From Alphaproteobacteria bacterium (GTDB lineage Bacteria > Pseudomonadota > Alphaproteobacteria > Rs-D84): 64,000 nt of DNA. The stretch spans positions 5,795-69,794 of the forward strand of contig JAWPOG010000045.1 of NCBI GenBank assembly GCA_033345155.1. The letters are read 5' to 3'. The notes below the pieces were generated by a model, which had not been told where the DNA came from, made no database searches, and saw nothing but the letters and a program-made list of their open reading frames with translations. The position numbers and the translations under genes are program-made. Position 1 is the first letter of the stretch. Each line of letters begins with the position of its first letter. Of the stretch, positions 48,684 to 59,083 are shown one piece after another.

Positions 48684-51413
48684 TTATTCAGATGCAACCG
48701 CGTCTGCGGATTCAGATTCTTCGTCGGATGCGCGTTCAATTGAAATTGCCGAAACAACTTTTTCGTTATCGGCGGTGCGGAACAAAGTCACACCAGCCGT
48801 CGAACGTCCCGCTATACGAACATCGGACACAGGTGTGCGGATGATTTTTCCACCGTCTGTAACCATGATAATATCCTGGTCATCAATAACAGGGAACGAT
48901 CCCGCAACGGCTGTATTTTTTCCGCCCAGTTTAATGTTTGCAAATCCGCCACCACCACGATGTGTTAAACGATATTCGTACGAACTGGTGCGTTTACCAA
49001 ATCCGTTTTCAGAAATGGTCAATATAAATTCTTCGTTCGCCGCCAACTCCGCCATTTTGGCATCATCCAGAACCAGTGTTGTCACTTCTTCTTCTGCATC
49101 TGCTTCTTCTTCTATGCCTGTTTCTGCACGACGTGCCGCGCGTGATTGTTTGATATAAGCCGCACGCACTGCCGAATCGGATTCACCACGGTTCAACATT
49201 GCCATATCTATAATGCGGTCATCCGCCCCCAGTGTGATACCACGAACACCCGTCGAATTGCGGCCCGCAAATACACGAATTTCCGGCACAGGGAATCGAA
49301 TCGCACGACCACGATATGTCGCCAAGAACACATCTTGGTCTTCATTACATGGCAGAACGGAAATCAAACTGTCACCCTCATCCAATTTCATGGCGATTTT
49401 ACCGTTTGCACGAATCGAATCAAAATCACTCATACGATTGCGGCGCACCGTTCCAGATGCGGTCGCGAACATCAAGAAATGTTCTTTGCCTGATTCTGCA
49501 ACACGTGCCACATCTTCTTCTGGTACTGGTAAAATAGCAGTAATCGTTTCGCCATTTTCCAATGGCAACAGATTTACCAGTGGACGTCCCTTGGCGGCGG
49601 CCGCTGCCTCGGGCAGTTTATATGTTTTCAGTTTGTAACACATGCCACGTGAACTAAAGAACAGCAAAGGTGTATGTGTGTTTGCCACGAACACCTGAAC
49701 AACATAGTCATCATCCTTGGTGGTCATGGCATTACGTCCTTTGCCCCCACGTTTTTGCGCACGATAAGTATCCAATGCAACCCGTTTAATATATCCTGTG
49801 TTTGATACAGTGATAACCATATCTTCGCGTGCAATCAAATCCTCGATATCAATGTCGATTTCAGCATCTGAAATTTCCGTACGACGTGGGGATGCCCAAT
49901 TGTCGCGTACAGATGCGGTTTCTTCACGAATAATTTGAATAATGCGTTCGTGACTGCCCAGAATTTCCAACAGGTCGCGAATCGTTGCACCCAATGTCGT
50001 CAAATCATTATGGATTTTGTCGCGTTCCAACCCGGTCAGACGATGCAACTGTAATTCCAGAATTGCACGAGCCTGATCTTCGGACATGTAAAACATGCCG
50101 TCTTTGTATTCAGTATTTGGGTCATCAATTAATTGAATATAAGATTCAATATCAGATGCGCGCCAACCGCGAGAAACCAGGGCTTCGCGGGCAACTTCGG
50201 GATTTGGGCTGGATTTAATCAGTTCAATAACCTCGTCCAGATTTCCGACCGCCACAGACAACCCCAACAAAGTATGGGCACGATTTCGCGCCTTGTTCAA
50301 ATCGAATATTGTACGACGACGAATAACCTCGGCACGGAAATCGATAAATGCGTCCAGCACACCACGCACATTGAACAACATCGGGCGACCACGGTTCAGT
50401 GCCATCATATTAACGGGGAAACTGGTCTGCATTTCTGTGTACTGGAACAGATGATTCAAGACCACATCTGCAATTGCGTCACGTTTTAATTCGATAACGA
50501 TACGCAAACCTTCCTTGGATGATTCGTCACGAATTTCAGAAATGCCTTCGATTCTTTTATCCTTAATCAGTTCGGCGATTTTGATAATCATTTGAGCCTT
50601 GTTCACTTGATAAGGAATCTCGTCAACGATAATCGCCTGATGGTCACGAAAATCTTCGATATGGGTTTTCGAGCGAATAATGATAGAACCACGACCTGTG
50701 GTATGCGCCTTGTACGCGCCCGCGCGTCCCATAATCATTGCGCCGGTCGGAAAGTCAGGCCCAGGAATAATGCCGAACAGTTCGTCATCGGTCAGATTCT
50801 TGTTATCCAAAATCGCCAAAATACCGTTGCAAATTTCACCCAGATTATAGGTCGGAACATTTGTCGCCATACCAACTGCAATACCGGAACCGCCATTTAC
50901 CAGGAAATTTGGGAATTTTGCGGGCAAAACAATCGGTTCCTGCAATGAGCCGTCAAAGTTTGGCTGCCAATCAACAGTGTCTTTGTCCATGTCGTCCATT
51001 AACGACGCACCCAATTTTGAAAGTCGTGCCTCGGTATAACGCATGGCGGCCGCCTTGTCCCCGTCGCGCGAACCAAAGTTACCCTGGCCCTGGACCAGCA
51101 TTTCGCCCATGGAAAAGTCCTGACCCATACGAACCATTGCTTCGTAAATAGAACTGTCACCATGTGGGTGATATTTACCCATAACATCACCAACGATACG
51201 CGCAGACTTTACAGTCGGCTTGGTCGCAGGCGCAACATCATTCATAACATACAGAATTCTGCGGTGCACAGGTTTACAACCGTCACGAACATCAGGCAAC
51301 GCGCGGTCAACAATAACCGACATTGCATAGTCCAAAAAACTGGTCCGCATTTCATGTTCCAAAGAAGACTGTGGAACACGGGTTTCAATTACTTCATTAA
51401 TGTTTTCTGACAT
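48684..51413 (-). CDS. gyrA: DNA gyrase subunit A
   Basis: [31 protein letters not shown] with the active-site Tyr region, six C-terminal GyrA-box/beta-pinwheel repeats and an acidic tail. Start taken at MSENINEV. Confidence 0.95.
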   Translation of the reverse strand: MSENINEVIETRVPQSSLEHEMRTSFLDYAMSVIVDRALPDVRDGCKPVHRRILYVMNDVAPATKPTVKSARIVGDVMGKYHPHGDSSIYEAMVRMGQDFSMGEMLVQGQGNFGSRDGDKAAAMRYTEARLSKLGASLMDDMDKDTVDWQPNFDGSLQEPIVLPAKFPNFLVNGGSGIAVGMATNVPTYNLGEICNGILAILDNKNLTDDELFGIIPGPDFPTGAMIMGRAGAYKAHTTGRGSIIIRSKTHIEDFRDHQAIIVDEIPYQVNKAQMIIKIAELIKDKRIEGISEIRDESSKEGLRIVIELKRDAIADVVLNHLFQYTEMQTSFPVNMMALNRGRPMLFNVRGVLDAFIDFRAEVIRRRTIFDLNKARNRAHTLLGLSVAVGNLDEVIELIKSSPNPEVAREALVSRGWRASDIESYIQLIDDPNTEYKDGMFYMSEDQARAILELQLHRLTGLERDKIHNDLTTLGATIRDLLEILGSHERIIQIIREETASVRDNWASPRRTEISDAEIDIDIEDLIAREDMVITVSNTGYIKRVALDTYRAQKRGGKGRNAMTTKDDDYVVQVFVANTHTPLLFFSSRGMCYKLKTYKLPEAAAAAKGRPLVNLLPLENGETITAILPVPEEDVARVAESGKEHFLMFATASGTVRRNRMSDFDSIRANGKIAMKLDEGDSLISVLPCNEDQDVFLATYRGRAIRFPVPEIRVFAGRNSTGVRGITLGADDRIIDMAMLNRGESDSAVRAAYIKQSRAARRAETGIEEEADAEEEVTTLVLDDAKMAELAANEEFILTISENGFGKRTSSYEYRLTHRGGGGFANIKLGGKNTAVAGSFPVIDDQDIIMVTDGGKIIRTPVSDVRIAGRSTAGVTLFRTADNEKVVSAISIERASDEESESADAVASE

Positions 51414-51495
51414 ACTTACCTTTCCTATGTTTATAACATATGCAACATAGCAGATTTTTGGGCTTTTCGTCAAGAAATAAAGGTTAAAAAAACAA

Positions 51496-51523
51496 TTGAC
51501 AAAACCTAGGTTTGTGATATATT
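51496..51523 (+). promoter_or_regulatory. Near-consensus sigma70 promoter (ttgaca-16-tatatt) in the gyrA/rpmH divergent region
   Basis: Seen directly in the sequence. Reads toward a 36-codon hydrophobic ORF (51612-51722) and rpmH. Confidence 0.45.
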
Positions 51524-51849
51524 TTGTATATCAATAAAAACGCATCTAAAAATATACATGTGGTGTTTGTATGTAAAATTTGGGTGCAAAACAGGAATCC
51601 AAGGATAAAAAATGAAGCAGGCAGATATGTTTTTACCGTTTTATAAATTATTTGTGGCGCTGTTTATCTTTTATTTGGCCAAAGAAGCATTGGCAAAACT
51701 GGGTCTGATAAAATCTAAATAAAAAGGTTGCGTTTTTATAAATCGTATGATTAAATAAGGGCACAAACGGATTTTTCCGGGTGTACGAATGATGCTGCTC
51801 GGGTGCACTTGGAACAGAAAAAGAATAAAAAAACTAAGGGTTAAAAGTC

Positions 51850-52002
51850 ATGGCAACAAAACGTACATATCAACCATCGAAAACACGTCGCGTTCGCACA
51901 CACGGTTTTCGTGCGCGTATGGCAACCGCTGGTGGTCGCGATGTTCTTAATCGTCGTCGCGCATCGGGTCGTAAAAGATTGGCCGTAAGTGCAGCAAATT
52001 AA
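51850..52002 (+). CDS. rpmH: 50S ribosomal protein L34
   Basis: [50 protein letters not shown]. Below the 60-aa cut-off of the ORF track, found by reading the sequence. Confidence 0.9.
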   Translation: MATKRTYQPSKTRRVRTHGFRARMATAGGRDVLNRRRASGRKRLAVSAAN

Positions 52003-52030
52003 AACAAGACCGCCGATTGGCGGTTTTTTA
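52003..52030 (+). terminator. Intrinsic terminator after rpmH
   Basis: aacaagaccgccgattggcggtttttta. Confidence 0.8.
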
Positions 52031-52101
52031 TTGGCTGGATTTTTTTCGGGGGGGCTAGAAATCGTTTTTATTAGGTTGTGGTTTGTGGTATAATACAACA
52101 T

Positions 52102-53064
52102 ATGAGAAAAAGAACTTCGTCTGTTTTAACGATTTTGTCGTGCTTGGTGGCTGTGCCGGCATTTGCTGGCTGGCAATATTCAGGGGAATATCTGGGGGGC
52201 GGTTGGTATGTTGATGATGGAACGCGTTTTGTAATTTCTGCGCGTGGGGGTGCGGCCTTTGGCGGTGGCGGTATCAATAATGACATAGGCGGGGTGGTTG
52301 TCGGTTATTATTTGTTGCCTGGGGGCGAACCTGTGACTGCTGAATACTGTTATTTAACTGGCGGTTGTGACAGCCTTGTTTTTGCAGGATATGGTACCTT
52401 GGGCGATTTGCCTGCATCAAAAGATTTTGAAAGTTTCTCGTTCGCTGCCGGTGCAAGTATTGGTTGGACAATTCCGCACAAGCCACAGTGGCGTATCGAG
52501 GGTGGCTGGGATCATATTTCAGAAACTGATTATAATTCGTCGCCTATGTTCCAGGGGGATTTATCCTTGGTCGAAGGCGCTATATCATCTGCCTATATAC
52601 AAAGTTCGTCTATTCAATCCAAGGTGACAACAGATGTTATAAGCGTCATGGCGTTTTATGACTTTTTCGATGGGCTGTATAAACCGATACAACAAATAAT
52701 TCCTTATGTTGGTTTGGGGGTTGGTTATGCTGATTCACAAACGGTTTTGAATTTATCTGATCCATGGGTTGATATTTCCGCACAGAACGAGTTCAAGATT
52801 TACGGTGTGGCGGACGAAGACTATGGGCTAACTGTATTCTATAAATCTGAATACAACACAACAAATGTGGCGGGCCTGCTAGCGGCTGGTGTATCCTATG
52901 GCATAAACGAAACCATGTTCTTGGATTTTGGTGTTCGTGCCATGTATTTGCCGCGCATCAAATGGGAATTGTCGAACGAAGACAGCAGCAAACATCGTGA
53001 ATTTTTCAGTGCCGAAAATGTTTTCTATGTTAATGCTATGTTGGGTTTGCGGTTCGAGTTTTAA
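52102..53064 (+). CDS. Outer-membrane beta-barrel protein (C-terminal ...LRFEF)
   Basis: Signal peptide SVLTILSCLVAVPAFA, Gly/aromatic-rich alternating strands, terminal Phe. Confidence 0.6.
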   Translation: MRKRTSSVLTILSCLVAVPAFAGWQYSGEYLGGGWYVDDGTRFVISARGGAAFGGGGINNDIGGVVVGYYLLPGGEPVTAEYCYLTGGCDSLVFAGYGTLGDLPASKDFESFSFAAGASIGWTIPHKPQWRIEGGWDHISETDYNSSPMFQGDLSLVEGAISSAYIQSSSIQSKVTTDVISVMAFYDFFDGLYKPIQQIIPYVGLGVGYADSQTVLNLSDPWVDISAQNEFKIYGVADEDYGLTVFYKSEYNTTNVAGLLAAGVSYGINETMFLDFGVRAMYLPRIKWELSNEDSSKHREFFSAENVFYVNAMLGLRFEF

Positions 53065-53089
53065 AAAAATCCCCCAGATGGGGGATTTT

Positions 53090-54463
53090 TTAATCCAGTG
53101 TCCTCAGACTAATCTTTTCCTCGTCCACTATGACCAGTTTACCAGTCCTGATATCAAATCTGCGTGCCGCATTAAATGCATCGCGTGTGCCAAACAGTTC
53201 CGGGCAGTAAATAGGGAATATCCCACGTGCCAGACACAATTGATTTGCAATAATAGATTCGTTGCAAACTGCAATCACAGGAATATCAGGTTTGCGACAT
53301 GAAATCTGAGTTGCAGCGATTGTATCACGTGCAAACACAATAATCGCGGCAGCGCGATTCAGGTACGCCATAGACGCAACAGAACGCGACCAGTCATTAT
53401 CAGGAATATTTTCAACGCGCGACCAATCAAACGGATTTGCAATCGCATCGCAATCGGCATGTGTTAGAATATTAGACATTGTTTCAATCACATTCACGGG
53501 GTTGATGCCAATTGTAGTTTCTTCGGAAGTCATTGTCGAATCTGCGCGCAAATAGGCAGTGCTTGCCACATCAGTAATTTCTGCACGTGTTGGAAATTCA
53601 CTGTTTGTCATGGACCCCAGCATTTGGGTTGCGACAATCACAGGTTTATTCATTTTGCGGCATTCGCGTATAATATGGCGCGATATTGCTGGCACTTCAG
53701 CATAAGGCATTTCGACCGCCAAGTCACCGCGTGCAATCATGATACCGTCAGCCACAGCTGCTATATCTGTGATATGAGCCACCGCGTTTGGTCGTTCGAT
53801 TTTTGCAATAATTTTAATAGGGCTTGCGCTTCGTTGAGAGATAAAGTCGCGCACCTCTGCTATGTCTTCTGGTTTTTGTACAAAAGAAATTGCGACATAG
53901 TCTGGATTTTTTGTAATTGCGTATCCCAAATCTGCGCGGTCTTTTTTTGTCAGAACAGATGTATTAATTTCTGTATCGGGCAAATTAAACCCGCGGCGTG
54001 ACCATATTTCATCGCCACGAACAACGGTTGTATCAACCCGATCCGGGGATGCGAAATCGACACGCATTTCAATTTTTCCATCGTTCAGCAAAATACGGTC
54101 ACCAACCTCTAAAGATTCTAAAACATCTGCATCTGGTAAGTTCACGCGTGTTGCATCGCCTGGTGTTGGATCGGCATCAAATGTAAATTTTTGTCCGATG
54201 GTCAGTGGATATTTATCTTCGGTTTCAAAATTGCCGATACGATGTTTAGGGCCCTGCAAATCAATCATAATTGCAACAGGTGTATTCAGTTCAGCTGATA
54301 TTTCACGGATCATATCAACTTTGCGTCCTTGGGTGTCGTCTGTATCGTGGCTAAAATTCAATCTGCACATATTGACCCCCGCTGAAATCATACGAGTCAA
54401 TGTTTCGCGGTCTTCACACTTTGGTCCGATAGAAGCAGTTATTTTTGTAAATCTGGTCATCAT
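53090..54463 (-). CDS. pyk: Pyruvate kinase
   Basis: TKITASIGPKCEDRETLTRMISAGVNMCRLNFSH N-terminal motif and the conserved MIARGDLAVE loop. 457 aa. Confidence 0.9.
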   Translation of the reverse strand: MMTRFTKITASIGPKCEDRETLTRMISAGVNMCRLNFSHDTDDTQGRKVDMIREISAELNTPVAIMIDLQGPKHRIGNFETEDKYPLTIGQKFTFDADPTPGDATRVNLPDADVLESLEVGDRILLNDGKIEMRVDFASPDRVDTTVVRGDEIWSRRGFNLPDTEINTSVLTKKDRADLGYAITKNPDYVAISFVQKPEDIAEVRDFISQRSASPIKIIAKIERPNAVAHITDIAAVADGIMIARGDLAVEMPYAEVPAISRHIIRECRKMNKPVIVATQMLGSMTNSEFPTRAEITDVASTAYLRADSTMTSEETTIGINPVNVIETMSNILTHADCDAIANPFDWSRVENIPDNDWSRSVASMAYLNRAAAIIVFARDTIAATQISCRKPDIPVIAVCNESIIANQLCLARGIFPIYCPELFGTRDAFNAARRFDIRTGKLVIVDEEKISLRTLD

Positions 54464-54553
54464 ATTTCCTTGTCATATATCAAATTTGTTTTCTTGATTT
54501 TTACGATTAATGGTATATCATAAAAGCCATAAATAAACAAGGGGAAAACAGAA

Positions 54554-54802
54554 ATGAAACAGGCAAACCATGGCGCAATTGACAACCAGCAGTTGTTAAG
54601 CATTATCGAACGCATAGAAAAGTTAAACGAAGATACCGCCGCAATCGCTGCCGATATCAAAGAAATTTATTCCGAGGCTAAATCTGCCGGTTTTGACCCA
54701 AAATATATCCGCCAAATGATACGGCTGCGCAAACTGGACCCAGACGAATTGGACGAGGCGGACGAACTAACACAAATGTACCGCAATGCATTGGGTATAT
54801 AA
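54554..54802 (+). CDS. gapR: DUF2312 / GapR-like nucleoid-associated protein
   Basis: LLSIIERIEKLNEDTAAIAADIKEIYSEAKSAGFDPKYIRQMIRLRKLD matches the alphaproteobacterial GapR/DUF2312 signature. Confidence 0.8.
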   Translation: MKQANHGAIDNQQLLSIIERIEKLNEDTAAIAADIKEIYSEAKSAGFDPKYIRQMIRLRKLDPDELDEADELTQMYRNALGI

Positions 54803-55116
54803 TGAAGGGATTCACAAAAACGGTCGAAGACTTTAACTGCGCCCATTGCGGCGCAGTTGTGCATGGCAACGGATACACCAACCATTGCCCAGTATGTCTG
54901 TGGTCGCGCCATGTGGATAATAACCCAGGCGACCGTGCCGCAACATGTGGTGGCATGATGGCCCCAATCGCCGTTGAAACAGATGGTGATAAATTTATTA
55001 TCACGCATAAATGCCAAATTTGTGGCAAAATCAAACGTCAGCGCACATCAGATGCTGACAATATGGACGAAATTATTCGCATCTCGCACAACAGTACATT
55101 TATTTTTGGGAAATAA
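54802..55116 (+). CDS. RNHCP-domain zinc-ribbon protein
   Basis: CAHCG...TNHCPVCLWSRH...CQICG motifs. The ATG overlaps the gapR stop. Confidence 0.65.
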   Translation: MKGFTKTVEDFNCAHCGAVVHGNGYTNHCPVCLWSRHVDNNPGDRAATCGGMMAPIAVETDGDKFIITHKCQICGKIKRQRTSDADNMDEIIRISHNSTFIFGK

Positions 55117-56068
55117 TTCCTTGGTTTATCATATTTTCGGAACCCATAATATCACGAATTTCATCGATACAGATTTGCGTCATAGTTGTACGCGCCTCAG
55201 ATAAAAATGCACGCGGGTTAAAGTTTTCCGGATTTTGCGCCAATTCGCGTCGTGTTGCGGCAACAAAGCCCAACCTCAGGTCGCTGTCCACATTTATTTT
55301 GCAAACATTCATTTTTGTTGCGCGCCTCAGTTGCGCTATGTCCAGGCCACGTGCCCCAGAAATTTCACCGCCAAAATCATTTATGGTTGTCACCAGTTTT
55401 TGAGGAATATTTGATGCGCCATGCATAACCAGCGGAAATTCAGGCATGCGCGCCGCTATGTCTGCCAGTATATCGAACCGAAGTTCTTCGTCCTGGTGGC
55501 GCCGTTTATGTGCGCCATGACTGGTGCCTATGGCAATCGCTAAAGAATCAATACCCGTTTGTGTGGCAAATCTTTCCACATCTGCCGGATTGGTATAACT
55601 GGATTTATCGCTGAAAGTATTTTCATCTTCTATGCCGGCCAGCACCCCCAACTCGGCTTCGACCGAAACATTATGTTTATGTGCGGCTACCACGACGCGT
55701 TTCGTGATTTTCACATTTTCATCAAATGGTAATTTACTGGCGTCAATCATAACCGACGAGAATCCCAGTTTAATCGCTTGTACGCATGATTCCAGGCTGG
55801 AACCATGGTCCAAATGCAGTGCTATTTTATCATCTGGTGAAATTTTTGCCCCCAAAATCATTCCCTGCAGCATATCTGGCCCCATATATTTCAACGCGGA
55901 TTCAGACACTGCCAAAATTACAGGACTGCGTGTCATTCGTGCCGCGTTCAAGACCGCAGACAACGTCTCCATATTGAAAAAATTAAAAGCTGGCACAGCA
56001 TATTTGCGTGCGATTGCATCTGCGAACATTTCATTGGTGTTAATCAACCCCAGTTTTGTATATTTCAT
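55100..56068 (-). CDS. fba: Class II fructose-bisphosphate aldolase
   Basis: N-terminal YAVPAFNFFNMETL, Zn-binding His residues (LHLDHG, GTSHG). 322 aa. Confidence 0.85.
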   Translation of the reverse strand: MKYTKLGLINTNEMFADAIARKYAVPAFNFFNMETLSAVLNAARMTRSPVILAVSESALKYMGPDMLQGMILGAKISPDDKIALHLDHGSSLESCVQAIKLGFSSVMIDASKLPFDENVKITKRVVVAAHKHNVSVEAELGVLAGIEDENTFSDKSSYTNPADVERFATQTGIDSLAIAIGTSHGAHKRRHQDEELRFDILADIAARMPEFPLVMHGASNIPQKLVTTINDFGGEISGARGLDIAQLRRATKMNVCKINVDSDLRLGFVAATRRELAQNPENFNPRAFLSEARTTMTQICIDEIRDIMGSENMINQGIISQK

Positions 56069-56221
56069 GATAAAATCCCTTTATGTGCCAATTATAACAT
56101 ATTTTTACGGGAAATAGATTGTTTTTTTGGTTTTTTATTGACGACAGAAAAATTTGTGTCACAATTATTTCGAATCGGGGGCTGGACAGAGATAACAGTT
56201 TTTTACACAAAAGGTAAAGAA

Positions 56222-56554
56222 ATGAAACAGTCTTTGTTTGCGTTTTTTGGTTTGGCTATGTTAACAGGTTGTGCATACGATTATTACAACGGCGATGTGC
56301 GTTATACCCAGGATGGTAAAGATTGCATCTTTTATTCCGAAGAAAGCGGTCGCCATTATTCCGAAGATATCCGTTCATTGGACTTGGATAAAAAGATTGT
56401 ATATCGCAATACAAAATGTCGTGATTTGTATATGCGCGATAACTTTGATTCTGTTCAGCGCACAGAACGTCAGATTTTGATTCCAGCTACAAATCATTCA
56501 GAATGTGGCTGTTCCAAAAGATGTTCAAAAAGAACATATGTTTATGTGAAATAA
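56222..56554 (+). CDS. Hypothetical lipoprotein (110 aa)
   Basis: MKQSLFAFFGLAMLTGCAY lipobox. Followed by a bidirectional terminator aaaaaaccgccaattggcggtttttt. Confidence 0.5.
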   Translation: MKQSLFAFFGLAMLTGCAYDYYNGDVRYTQDGKDCIFYSEESGRHYSEDIRSLDLDKKIVYRNTKCRDLYMRDNFDSVQRTERQILIPATNHSECGCSKRCSKRTYVYVK

Positions 56555-56578
56555 AAAAAACCGCCAATTGGCGGTTTT

Positions 56579-57637
56579 TTAGTTGTTTTCAGATTCTTCT
56601 ACGACTGGGGCTTCCTGTGCCTGTGTCGTTTCAGTCTGCGTTGTGCTATTCAACTCGGCTATCAAAGATTGCATTCTGTCCGCTGTTTCCGCATCATTCA
56701 ACGCAACGGCAATTGTATATGCCGATTCTAAATCCGTACGAGCGGCAACAACATTTCCCAGATTCAAATTTAATGCGGCAGACTTTTCGAAATAGCTCAT
56801 CGCATAACTGGACAAAGTCTCGCGTTCTTCCATTGTTGTGGTGCCTTGAATCTGTTCCGAGATTACACGAATCGCAGAAGAATAATCATCAATTGCTTTT
56901 GCATAATCGGCCAATGCGGTGTATGCCTCGGCGCGTCCCGCATATACTGTCGGATTAACCATGCCTTCTGGTCTGGCCAACGAGTTTGTATAATCAGCAA
57001 CCGCCCCCTGCCAGTTTTTCATCCACAAATTCAGCTGACCACGTTTTGCATACAAATCACGCATTTGCAAAGTATTGCTTGGGTTCAAGGCATTTGCCGC
57101 CAACGCATTATTAATATCATTCAGTGCCGCGTTGAAATCTTCCAGGCGCATATGCAACAAAGCACGTGCATAGTATGCGGTTGCATTGGCAGGGTCTTGG
57201 GTCAAAGCAGCATTAAAATCGTCGATTGCCTTTTGATAGTCGCCGGCTTGCATATACGCTTCGCCACGCAGGGTATAAACATCTGCTGATACGATACCCG
57301 CATCAATTGCGGCAACCAAATCTGCGATTGCTGCATCGATTTCACCGGCCATCAGTTTTGTTTTTCCATTATTATAATAATCAGCCGCCTGCAACAAAGT
57401 CTCTTCGGTAATTGTTGTGGATTGTGTTGTTGACTGAGCATTATGCGCGCGTCCCAATATATAAAAAGTTGCCGCAATAAAGAACAAAATAATAAACCAA
57501 TAAACATAAATCGACAACGACCATGGATTAAAGCATGGTTTTGCTTTCTTGTCTGTGATTGTAGGTTTGCTTGTCACAGGTCGCACTTTTGCGCGCGTCT
57601 TTTTGTCGACAATTTTTTTTGCAGGTGTTCTTTTCAT
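56579..57637 (-). CDS. Membrane-anchored TPR-repeat protein
   Basis: N-terminal basic region, one TM, then six or more TPR-like A/Y-rich repeats and an acidic C-terminal tail. Confidence 0.7.
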   Translation of the reverse strand: MKRTPAKKIVDKKTRAKVRPVTSKPTITDKKAKPCFNPWSLSIYVYWFIILFFIAATFYILGRAHNAQSTTQSTTITEETLLQAADYYNNGKTKLMAGEIDAAIADLVAAIDAGIVSADVYTLRGEAYMQAGDYQKAIDDFNAALTQDPANATAYYARALLHMRLEDFNAALNDINNALAANALNPSNTLQMRDLYAKRGQLNLWMKNWQGAVADYTNSLARPEGMVNPTVYAGRAEAYTALADYAKAIDDYSSAIRVISEQIQGTTTMEERETLSSYAMSYFEKSAALNLNLGNVVAARTDLESAYTIAVALNDAETADRMQSLIAELNSTTQTETTQAQEAPVVEESENN

Positions 57638-57672
57638 GGTAAGTTTCCCCCCTCTCTATTTTTAATAAAATC

Positions 57673-58371
57673 TTAGAAAGATTTTTTCATCAGGTCAATT
57701 GTTTTCTGCGAAATTTTTTGAATACATCCAGCAGGCAGTTTTCCCAGCGATATTTTACCGTATGAAATGCGATGTAATTTACGTACAGGACATCCACATG
57801 CACGCAAAACGATTCGCACTTCGTTTTTTTTTCCTTCGGTAATTGTGACACGTAAATCGTTTCCACCCATTTCATCTATTTTCATTGGCGCATATTTTAC
57901 ACCATCCACCACCATCCCGCGTCTTGCGTTATCCAGGTGTGAAAAATCAATATTGTTAACCGTTGCAATATATGTGCGTTCAATATTTGACGCAGGCAGA
58001 GTTAATTTGCGCACCAGCTCGCCATCATTGGTCAGCAACAACAATCCCGTTGTCTTGTAATCTAAACGCCCGACATATTTCAGATTTTTATATTCTGCAT
58101 CCAGACAATCATAAATTGTTTTACGACCACGTGTATCTCGCAGGGTTGTCATTGTGTTAATAGGCTTGTGAAATGCGTACAATTCTGTTGTTGTGCGTGC
58201 AAATATTTTTTTTCCGTCAATTTCAACAATATCATTATCTTTTACAAAACTGACAGGGCTGGTAATTTTTTCTCCGTTTATGCTTACACGACCGTTTGCA
58301 ATCAGTTCTTCGGCTCCGCGTCTTGACGCGACCCCCGAATCAGCTATAAATTTTGCAACACGTACTGTCAT
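57673..58371 (-). CDS. S4-domain pseudouridine synthase (RsuA/RluB family)
   Basis: N-terminal S4 (SRRGAEELIANGRVSING) and catalytic GRLDYKTTGLLLLTNDG. Confidence 0.85.
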   Translation of the reverse strand: MTVRVAKFIADSGVASRRGAEELIANGRVSINGEKITSPVSFVKDNDIVEIDGKKIFARTTTELYAFHKPINTMTTLRDTRGRKTIYDCLDAEYKNLKYVGRLDYKTTGLLLLTNDGELVRKLTLPASNIERTYIATVNNIDFSHLDNARRGMVVDGVKYAPMKIDEMGGNDLRVTITEGKKNEVRIVLRACGCPVRKLHRISYGKISLGKLPAGCIQKISQKTIDLMKKSF

Positions 58372-58373
58372 TT

Positions 58374-59027
58374 TTATCCTGTTATTTTCGCAATTGCGAT
58401 TGCTGTGGCCAGTTCTGCCCGCAATATTGTTTTACCCAGTGAAATCCCACATGCGCCCGCTGCGTCCAGCGCGGCAAATTCCGCATCAGAAAATCCACCC
58501 TCGGGCCCAACTAATATAGTTGTAATATTTTGTTTGTTGCAATTTGATTCTTTTCCGTATGCTGCACGTTCATCAGCAAACACAACATTTGATAAATCTA
58601 AATCGGCAAATTTTATTGGGGATAAAATCTCTGGCACAGTATTACGATTTGATTGCTCGGACGCCTCGACCACGATTTTTTTCATTCGTTCCCAGTTGAT
58701 ATGATGTGCGGTTGTACGATTTGTTATGACAGGTTGAATTTTTGCCACACCCATTTGTGTTGCCATGTTCAGCAAATCGTCCGTCCGTTTAATAGGAGCA
58801 AACATCAGGGTTATGTTGTTTGACGGGTCTGTATGCGCTGTTTTTTCACCGATGTACAAACAGTTATTATCAGCCAGTGTTGCAAAATATTCGTTTCCAT
58901 TGCCAAATACCAAACATTCATGTGTTCGCATTACGCGTGACAGATAGTGTGTTACATCCCGTTCCACAGGTATAATTTGCCCTGATTGAATATCTTGGCC
59001 GACGAAGATTCGTGGAATATTTTTCAT
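58374..59027 (-). CDS. rsmE: 16S rRNA (uracil1498-N3)-methyltransferase RsmE
   Basis: PUA-like N-terminus and SPOUT knot (ILVGPEGGFSDAE). ATG chosen at 59027. The ORF tool extended to a TTG at 59054. Confidence 0.8.
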   Translation of the reverse strand: MKNIPRIFVGQDIQSGQIIPVERDVTHYLSRVMRTHECLVFGNGNEYFATLADNNCLYIGEKTAHTDPSNNITLMFAPIKRTDDLLNMATQMGVAKIQPVITNRTTAHHINWERMKKIVVEASEQSNRNTVPEILSPIKFADLDLSNVVFADERAAYGKESNCNKQNITTILVGPEGGFSDAEFAALDAAGACGISLGKTILRAELATAIAIAKITG

Positions 59028-59083
59028 ATTTTTTTTATTTCCGTATTTTTTCAATGTCTTTTTTCTGATATAATATTAACACC

